From an uncultured Clostridium sp. (GTDB taxonomy: Bacteria; Bacillota_I; Bacilli_A; Acholeplasmatales; Anaeroplasmataceae), in the NCBI GenBank assembly GCA_945921565.1, contig CAMEKY010000052.1:1-11968 (forward strand): a DNA stretch of 11,968 nt, written 5' to 3'. Below the pieces are notes generated by a model, which did not search any database, was not told where the DNA came from, and saw only the letters and a program-made list of their open reading frames with translations. This document shows positions 6,947 through 11,968 of the stretch, piece by piece (the first letter of the stretch is position 1; every line of letters begins with the position of its first letter). A program made the position numbers and the translations under genes.

Positions 6947-7012
6947 TTCTCCACCTTCATTATTTTATGAAAATAGATGATATGATTTTACTCATACCAT
7001 CTACTTCTTTAA

Positions 7013-8554
7013 TTAATCTTCAGTTTTGTCTTCTTTTGGTTGGTTTTTTGTAGCTAGCTTTCCACCAAGATATCCAGCAAGTAAGCTCTTAATATCTAAG
7101 CCAGTAGCCTTCTGCAATCCATCAAAAATTTGAGTACCACCCTTGCTAATTTCTTCAGTAAGTTTTGCAGTATTTCCTTCACCATACATCGTGATAGAGT
7201 CAATCTTTGACATAGCCTCTGCCATTGGCTGTGAGTAAGCAGAAACAATTTGTGGTAATACATTAGAATCTAAAATTAATTGTAATGTAGCAGCTTCACC
7301 ATATTGTTTCATCGCATCAGCCTTAGCTCTAATTGCATCAGCCTCTGCCTTACCTTTAGCTTCAATACCTTGAGCCTCTGCAAGTGCAGCCTCTTTTGCA
7401 GCGTTTGCTCTTGCAATTTGAGCCGCAGCCTCAGCTTGGGCCTGAATTTGTAAAGCTTCGGCTTGTTTTTGACGAGCAACCTTATCAGCCTCTGCCTTGA
7501 TTTTTTGCATTTCAGCTTCTTGCTCAAGTTCATATTTCTTAGCTTCTGCAGCCTTTTGACGAGTGAACAAATCAGCTTCGGCTTCCTTTTGAGCAGCATA
7601 CTTTTTAGCCTCAGCTACCTTGTTAACCTCGGCAGATAGTTGCTTTTCCTTAAGTTCAACTTCCTTGTTTCCAAGTTCTACCTCACGCTCACGCTTTGCA
7701 ATGTTTGCATTAACCTCAGCTACGTTAATTTCCTCAAGTCTCTTTTGACGTTCAATATCGTATGCAGCATCCGCTACAGCCTTTGCAGTATCAGTCTTTT
7801 GCTTTAGCGCAGCAGCTTGTAATTCGTACTCTGTATTTTGTTGAACAATTTTTGTGTTAGATTCAACGCGAGCTTTATTTGCTGCCTCAGCAGCAGCACT
7901 AGATGCAATTGCAACATCACGTTCTGCATTTGCTTTTGCTATAGCTGCGTCCTTGGAAATCTGAGAAATGTTATCAATACCTAAGTTTTCAATAACCTTG
8001 TTATCATCAGAGAATGATTGAATATTGAAGTTTACAACCTCAATTCCAAGTTTTGCCATATCAGGTACGACATTTTCTTTTACCTTATTCGCAACACCTT
8101 GACGATCACGTACTAATTCTTTAATTTCAACAGTACCAACAATTTCACGCATGTTACCTTGTAATACTTGTTGAAGCTGATTAATAAGTTCAGCTGATGA
8201 CATATTAAGAATTGACTCGAACGCTTTTTCAAGTAATTCTGGATCAGATGAAACCTTTAGGTTAGCAACTCCATCAACATTAATATTAATAAATTCTGTT
8301 GTAGGAATTGCCTCCTCAGTTTTGATATCAACTTGGAATGCCTTTAATGATAATTTATCTGTACGTTGTAAGAAAGGAATTCTAAATCCTGCCTTACCAA
8401 TTAAGATTTTTTTCTTTCCAGCTCCCGAAACCATTATTGCTGTGTCTGGTCCGGCTTTTACATAACTTAATAAGAATAAGACTAGTAAAAGTACTACTCC
8501 TCCAATAATACCAACTACAAGACCAACATTAGCTAAAATAATTAAAATATTCAT
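7013..8554 (-). CDS. floT: Flotillin-like SPFH/band-7 protein (FloT/YuaG type)
   Basis: 513 aa with an N-terminal membrane anchor MNILIILANVGLVVGIIGGVVLLLVLFLL, then an SPFH domain, then a long Ala/Glu/Lys/Gln-rich coiled-coil region (EA repeats), then a C-terminal tail. Its size and architecture match B. subtilis FloT. A strong RBS AAGGAGG precedes it. Confidence 0.9.
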   Translation of the reverse strand: MNILIILANVGLVVGIIGGVVLLLVLFLLSYVKAGPDTAIMVSGAGKKKILIGKAGFRIPFLQRTDKLSLKAFQVDIKTEEAIPTTEFININVDGVANLKVSSDPELLEKAFESILNMSSAELINQLQQVLQGNMREIVGTVEIKELVRDRQGVANKVKENVVPDMAKLGIEVVNFNIQSFSDDNKVIENLGIDNISQISKDAAIAKANAERDVAIASSAAAEAANKARVESNTKIVQQNTEYELQAAALKQKTDTAKAVADAAYDIERQKRLEEINVAEVNANIAKREREVELGNKEVELKEKQLSAEVNKVAEAKKYAAQKEAEADLFTRQKAAEAKKYELEQEAEMQKIKAEADKVARQKQAEALQIQAQAEAAAQIARANAAKEAALAEAQGIEAKGKAEADAIRAKADAMKQYGEAATLQLILDSNVLPQIVSAYSQPMAEAMSKIDSITMYGEGNTAKLTEEISKGGTQIFDGLQKATGLDIKSLLAGYLGGKLATKNQPKEDKTED

Positions 8555-8583
8555 AGTTTTATACTACCTCCTTCACGATTATT

Positions 8584-8592
8584 ATTATACCA
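8584..8592 (-). promoter_or_regulatory. Extended -10 promoter (TGgTATAAT on the minus strand) for the flotillin gene
   Basis: Minus strand: ...ctctttacaataaTGGTATAATaataatcgtgAAGGAGGtagtataaaaATG. It lies directly downstream of the helicase terminator. Confidence 0.4.
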
Positions 8593-8606
8593 TTATTGTA
8601 AAGAGA

Positions 8607-8641
8607 ATTAAATAAAAATCGTACCTTCCATGTACGATTTT
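8607..8641 (-). terminator. Rho-independent terminator of the nuclease-helicase gene
   Basis: Minus-strand RNA AAAAUCGUAC-auggaag-GUACGAUUUU-UAUUUAAU forms a 10-bp stem (plus coordinates 8615-8624 / 8632-8641) followed by a U-rich tract. Confidence 0.6.
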
Positions 8642-8665
8642 TGACTATAATAATCTTAAATTAAT

Positions 8666-11017
8666 CTAGTTAATATTTTTGCTATCCATTTCATCATCTT
8701 CAAAGAAAGATTTTAAATTGTAACTAATCATTTTATTACTATTCATCGTAATTTTGTGACTCCATGAATCAGGCATTAGCGATTTATATATAGCATATTT
8801 ATACCTTTCATCAAGTAATATAACAACACCTCTATCACTTTCTGTTCTAATAACTCTTCCTGCAGCCTGAACTACCTTATTAAATCCTGGATAAGTATAC
8901 GCATAATCAAATCCTTGTCCGTATTTTTCTTCAAAGAATTCCTTAAGTAAATTATTCTCGACATTAACCATTGGGAGACCTACTCCAACTATTACAACTC
9001 CGTTAAGTAAATCACCAACAAAATCTACTCCTTCAGAAAAAGAACCACCAAGCACAAATAAACCTAAATGTGGTTTACTAGTATCCTTAAACTTTTCAAA
9101 TATCTTATTGCGTTCAGTATCATTCATAGAAGATTGTTGTAAAATGATTTCAGTTTGATCTAAATCTAATTCCTTTAAAACCATTTCTATATATTTATAG
9201 CTTGGAAAAAATGCAATATAATTTCCTTTTTTTGAATTTACTAAGGCTTCAATAACATCCTTAATATCCTTAACTGTAGCTTCTCTATCCTTATACCTTG
9301 TGGATATATCATCCTTAATAATAAGCTTTAAATTATCCTTAGGAAATGGTGATGGTAAATTAATATACTTACCATTACCTTTAGTTAACAAATCCATATA
9401 ATATTTTATTGGGAATAATGTTGCACTAAAAAATACAATTCCTTTTGTATGATTTTTAATTGTATCATAAATGAAATCAGATGCATCACAGCATTTAACC
9501 TCAATCATATAATGATTATCTTCTATTTTTTTAACAATAAATAAATGATCTGGACCAAAGTATTCGCATGTATCTACAAAATCCTTTAATGCAAAATAAT
9601 TATTTAAAATGACATCCTTATTCTTGATATCCTTTTTATCCGCAAGTATTAATGCTGCCTTAGATACAATTTGACTTAAGCTTGATAGCATTGCATCATC
9701 AAGTAAGGTCGAATAATAGAATAAATCCTCGTTTATTAAATCCTCATATCTTTTTATTGCCTTATAAAATGATTTAACATTTTTGGTTATACTCTCATCA
9801 TACTCTGATAAATCCTCTTCTATTGCATATGGCAACAATGAATCAAAGGAGGCACTATACATATCCTTTGATCTTTCAACTAAATTATGTGCCTCATCGC
9901 ATAATATTTTAGGTAAATATTCTGTATCATCAAAATATCTAATTAAATGTGCCTTAGGATCAAAAACATAGTTATAATCACAAATAACAATATCACAAAA
10001 ATATGATAAATCTAATGAAAATTCAAATGGACATATTTCATACTTTTTGGCATATTCAAATATTTTTTCTGGTGTATATAAATTATCTGTCTTATATACC
10101 TCCTCTATGGCTTTTCTGAGCTTTGAAAAATAACCACTTGCAAAAGGACATTTATCAGGATCACAATGCGATAGTCCTAAAGCACAGCTTTTTGCTTTGG
10201 CGCTTATTACTATCGCGTGAAGATTTAATCCCTTTTCCATCATCATTTTAACTGAGTCAATAGCTACATTTCTGCCCATCGATTTAGCTGTTAGATAGAA
10301 TAGCTTTTCATTTTTCTTTGTCATCGACTTTAAGGTTGAAAACATCGTTGCCATGGTTTTTCCAATTCCTGTTGGAGCTATCGCATATAAAATACTATTT
10401 GTGCTCATTGTTAAATAACACGCCTTCATTAATTCCTGCTGACCAGCTCTTTTTTTAGGGAAAGGAAATTCAATATTTTTTAATGAGTCAAGCTTTTTAT
10501 CCTGTGCATTTGATAAAACCTCATGCCAAGATAAATAATCATTAATCGATTTAAAGAAAAATTCCTCTAATGAAGCTGCAGATTCCTCTAAATCAAATTT
10601 TTTTGTTTTATAATCATCTACGCTTATATATGTTAATCTCATATTAATATACGCTAAATTATTAATTTGGGCGTATAAATATGCATACAAACGAAGCTGA
10701 GCTAAATGCTCATGGTGATATTCTAAGTCTATATTTTTTAGTTCTTCTTTAGTTGATTTAATTTCCTCTAATATTATTTTGCCCTTTTCATTTAGTACAC
10801 CGTCAATAAAGCCATGGATGGTTATTTCATCCTCTTTATATGGAAATGTATATTTAATATAATATTCCTTTTGTGATTCATCGTTATATTGCCGTTGAAG
10901 ATAACTATGGGCTTTTTTACCATCTAGTGAGGCGTGATTACTAAAAAGCTCTGCTGTAAGGTCACCAGATGAATATAAAAATGTAGCTATTTCTTTAACT
11001 GGAAATATTTTTTTCAT
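8666..11017 (-). CDS. Fusion protein: N-terminal PD-(D/E)xK (RecB/Cas4-like) nuclease domain plus XPD/Rad3/DinG-type Fe-S SF2 DNA helicase
   Basis: 783 aa. Residues about 60-115 read ...EITIHGFIDGVLNEKGKIILEEIKSTK...HLAQLRLYAYLY (D-x11-EEIK plus the QxxxY motif of RecB-family nucleases). Helicase core: Walker A AIAPTGIGKTMA, DEAH box ILCDEAHNLVE, four-Cys Fe-S insert SCALGLSHCDPDKCPF...EICPFEF, and C-terminal motifs VIVGVGLP, YTYPGFNKVVQAAGRVIRTESDRGVVILLDERY (helicase motif VI). A strong RBS AAGAAGGAGG precedes it. Confidence 0.85.
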   Translation of the reverse strand: MKKIFPVKEIATFLYSSGDLTAELFSNHASLDGKKAHSYLQRQYNDESQKEYYIKYTFPYKEDEITIHGFIDGVLNEKGKIILEEIKSTKEELKNIDLEYHHEHLAQLRLYAYLYAQINNLAYINMRLTYISVDDYKTKKFDLEESAASLEEFFFKSINDYLSWHEVLSNAQDKKLDSLKNIEFPFPKKRAGQQELMKACYLTMSTNSILYAIAPTGIGKTMATMFSTLKSMTKKNEKLFYLTAKSMGRNVAIDSVKMMMEKGLNLHAIVISAKAKSCALGLSHCDPDKCPFASGYFSKLRKAIEEVYKTDNLYTPEKIFEYAKKYEICPFEFSLDLSYFCDIVICDYNYVFDPKAHLIRYFDDTEYLPKILCDEAHNLVERSKDMYSASFDSLLPYAIEEDLSEYDESITKNVKSFYKAIKRYEDLINEDLFYYSTLLDDAMLSSLSQIVSKAALILADKKDIKNKDVILNNYFALKDFVDTCEYFGPDHLFIVKKIEDNHYMIEVKCCDASDFIYDTIKNHTKGIVFFSATLFPIKYYMDLLTKGNGKYINLPSPFPKDNLKLIIKDDISTRYKDREATVKDIKDVIEALVNSKKGNYIAFFPSYKYIEMVLKELDLDQTEIILQQSSMNDTERNKIFEKFKDTSKPHLGLFVLGGSFSEGVDFVGDLLNGVVIVGVGLPMVNVENNLLKEFFEEKYGQGFDYAYTYPGFNKVVQAAGRVIRTESDRGVVILLDERYKYAIYKSLMPDSWSHKITMNSNKMISYNLKSFFEDDEMDSKNIN

Positions 11018-11036
11018 TGGTGATTCCTCCTTCTTT

Positions 11037-11062
11037 AAAAAAATGGTGACATAGCCACCATT
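11037..11062 (-). terminator. Weak terminator-like hairpin plus U7 tract overlapping the mgtC stop codon and abutting the helicase RBS
   Basis: Minus-strand RNA AAUGGUG-gcuaugu-CACCAUU-UUUUUUU-AAAGAAGGAGG-aaucacc-AUG, a 7-bp stem at plus coordinates 11042-11048 / 11056-11062. The T-run runs directly into the helicase Shine-Dalgarno. Confidence 0.35.
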
Positions 11063-11804
11063 AATCCATTAACTCAACAAAGTTAACATAATCTAAAGCA
11101 GATAAATCTGAAATAAAATCATCGTGCTTTATTTTTTTACCATTATCACCTTGAGCTAAATTAAGCGCAATAGAATAAACACTTAGTCCTGAATTTGCAT
11201 ATGCAGGGTCATATGAGATTGATAAGACCTGAATATTACGAGCTCTAACGTAATCTAAAAAGCTTCTTAGGTCTGGTCTAGACAATAGCTCTATATGAAT
11301 AAAAATACTTTTAGATCTTTTTTGTAGTCTTCCCTCAAATTTAGGTAACAATAATAATACAATAATTATGATTATTGCGGCTGTAAGAGCAAGAGTATAA
11401 AATCCAATACCAATTGCAAGACCTACAGCTCCTGATGTCCATAACGCTGCAGCAGTTGTAAGGCCTCTAACTCTATTTCTACTATTTACCATTATTGAGC
11501 CTGCACCAAGGAATCCGATTCCTGTAATAACACCAGCACCTAGTCGAGATAAATCTGAAGAAGCTGACACGAATTGATTTGTCATCATCGCAACACAAGA
11601 TCCTAAACATACTAACGTATATGTTCTAAGTCCTGCAACATGATGCTTAATTGCACGCTCTGAACCAATGAGTCCACCAATTAAAATCGCAAGAACTACT
11701 CTTAATATAATTGACCATATATTAATTCCTACTGACCAATCACCAAGTAAATTTGCAAGAGGATCAGTGAATGTTGCAAGTGGATTTCCATATGCTAATA
11801 CCAT
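11061..11804 (-). CDS. mgtC: MgtC/SapB family membrane protein
   Basis: 247 aa with an N-terminal MgtC signature ILRVVLAILIGGLIGSERAIKHHVAGLRTYTLVCLGSCVAMM, followed by a hydrophobic core and a C-terminal soluble ACT-like domain. RBS AAAGGAGAG sits upstream of the ATG at 11804. Confidence 0.85.
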   Translation of the reverse strand: MVLAYGNPLATFTDPLANLLGDWSVGINIWSIILRVVLAILIGGLIGSERAIKHHVAGLRTYTLVCLGSCVAMMTNQFVSASSDLSRLGAGVITGIGFLGAGSIMVNSRNRVRGLTTAAALWTSGAVGLAIGIGFYTLALTAAIIIIIVLLLLPKFEGRLQKRSKSIFIHIELLSRPDLRSFLDYVRARNIQVLSISYDPAYANSGLSVYSIALNLAQGDNGKKIKHDDFISDLSALDYVNFVELMD

Positions 11805-11843
11805 AGTAACTCACTCTCCTTTCTTTTTCTTTATTGTTAGAAT

Positions 11844-11852
11844 AGTATAACA
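11844..11852 (-). promoter_or_regulatory. Extended -10 promoter (TGtTATACT on the minus strand) for mgtC
   Basis: Minus strand: ...aaaaatatgTGTTATACTattctaacaataaagaaaaagAAAGGAGAGtgagttactATG. It is about 35 nt upstream of the RBS, and the leader is too short for an M-box. Confidence 0.4.
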
Positions 11853-11968
11853 CATATTTTTATATTTTTCTAGATAAGTAGAGTGAATATACTAATCTTT
11901 GTTTAGCAATTTTAAAAATTTATCACATTGACGTTGATATTCTAATTTAAAATAATTTCCATCAATAA

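Noticed and set aside
6947-7012. Riboswitch or T-box (S-box, T-box, cysteine-related) in the leader of the CysK-family gene
   Set aside because: The leader is only 66 nt, which is far too short for those elements. It contains just an RBS and no conserved boxes.
7309-7599. 96-aa Lys/Arg/Leu-rich minus-strand ORF in an alternative frame of the flotillin gene
   Set aside because: It is a frame-shifted reading of the GCT/GAA/AAG-rich coiled-coil repeat region of floT; A/E/K codon repeats read as K/R/L-rich in another frame. It is entirely internal to floT with no start context. It is a compositional artefact.
9783-9971. 62-aa plus-strand ORF antisense to the helicase gene
   Set aside because: Antisense shadow ORF inside the helicase CDS.
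11668-11850. 60-aa plus-strand ORF antisense to the mgtC 5' end and promoter
   Set aside because: It overlaps the mgtC start, RBS and promoter on the opposite strand. It has no RBS and a low-complexity translation.
11805-11968. M-box (ykoK) riboswitch upstream of mgtC
   Set aside because: No GC-rich conserved M-box core and no terminator/antiterminator architecture. The region is AT-rich with a simple extended -10 promoter close to the RBS.
1-11968. CRISPR array, mobile elements, prophage or integrase remnants, tandem DNA repeats
   Set aside because: I found no regularly spaced direct repeats of 24-40 nt, no transposase/integrase/recombinase-like ORFs, and no tRNA-like sequences. The repetitive signal in 7300-7700 is codon-level (Ala/Glu/Lys) repetition from the flotillin coiled coil, and the spacer 4571-4756 is low-complexity AT-rich without a tandem unit.

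Overview
This is a very AT-rich window, low-GC Firmicutes and Clostridium-like by eye. It is densely coding and reads as conserved chromosomal backbone from an endospore former, not an accessory island. Going 5' to 3' along the + strand:

- A minus-strand run of overlapping or tightly spaced housekeeping and sporulation genes: the ispE N-terminus (partial, running off the window start), yabG (sporulation-specific protease), rsmA/ksgA (16S rRNA dimethyltransferase), rnmV (RNase M5, Toprim) and a SAMHD1/EF1143-like HD-domain dNTP triphosphohydrolase.
- A divergent polytopic membrane protein of unknown function.
- A plus-strand cwlJ-gerQ pair (cortex-lytic enzyme plus its coat partner), in the same bicistronic order as Bacillus subtilis, followed by a HIT-family hydrolase.
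- A strong bidirectional terminator.
- On the minus strand, a divergent CysK-family PLP enzyme, a FloT-type flotillin, and a 783-aa protein that fuses an N-terminal PD-(D/E)xK (RecB/Cas4-like, QxxxY) nuclease module to an XPD/DinG-type Fe-S SF2 helicase, with an MgtC-family gene immediately upstream of it.

I see no tRNA, rRNA, CRISPR, transposase, integrase or obvious tandem repeat. I do not see a convincing, clearly novel multi-gene system. The features most worth a second look are the nuclease-helicase fusion with its odd junction to mgtC, and the Tyr/Pro/Gln-rich, lysine-free N-terminus of the GerQ homologue. All identifications are from motif-level reading of the translations; no database search was run.
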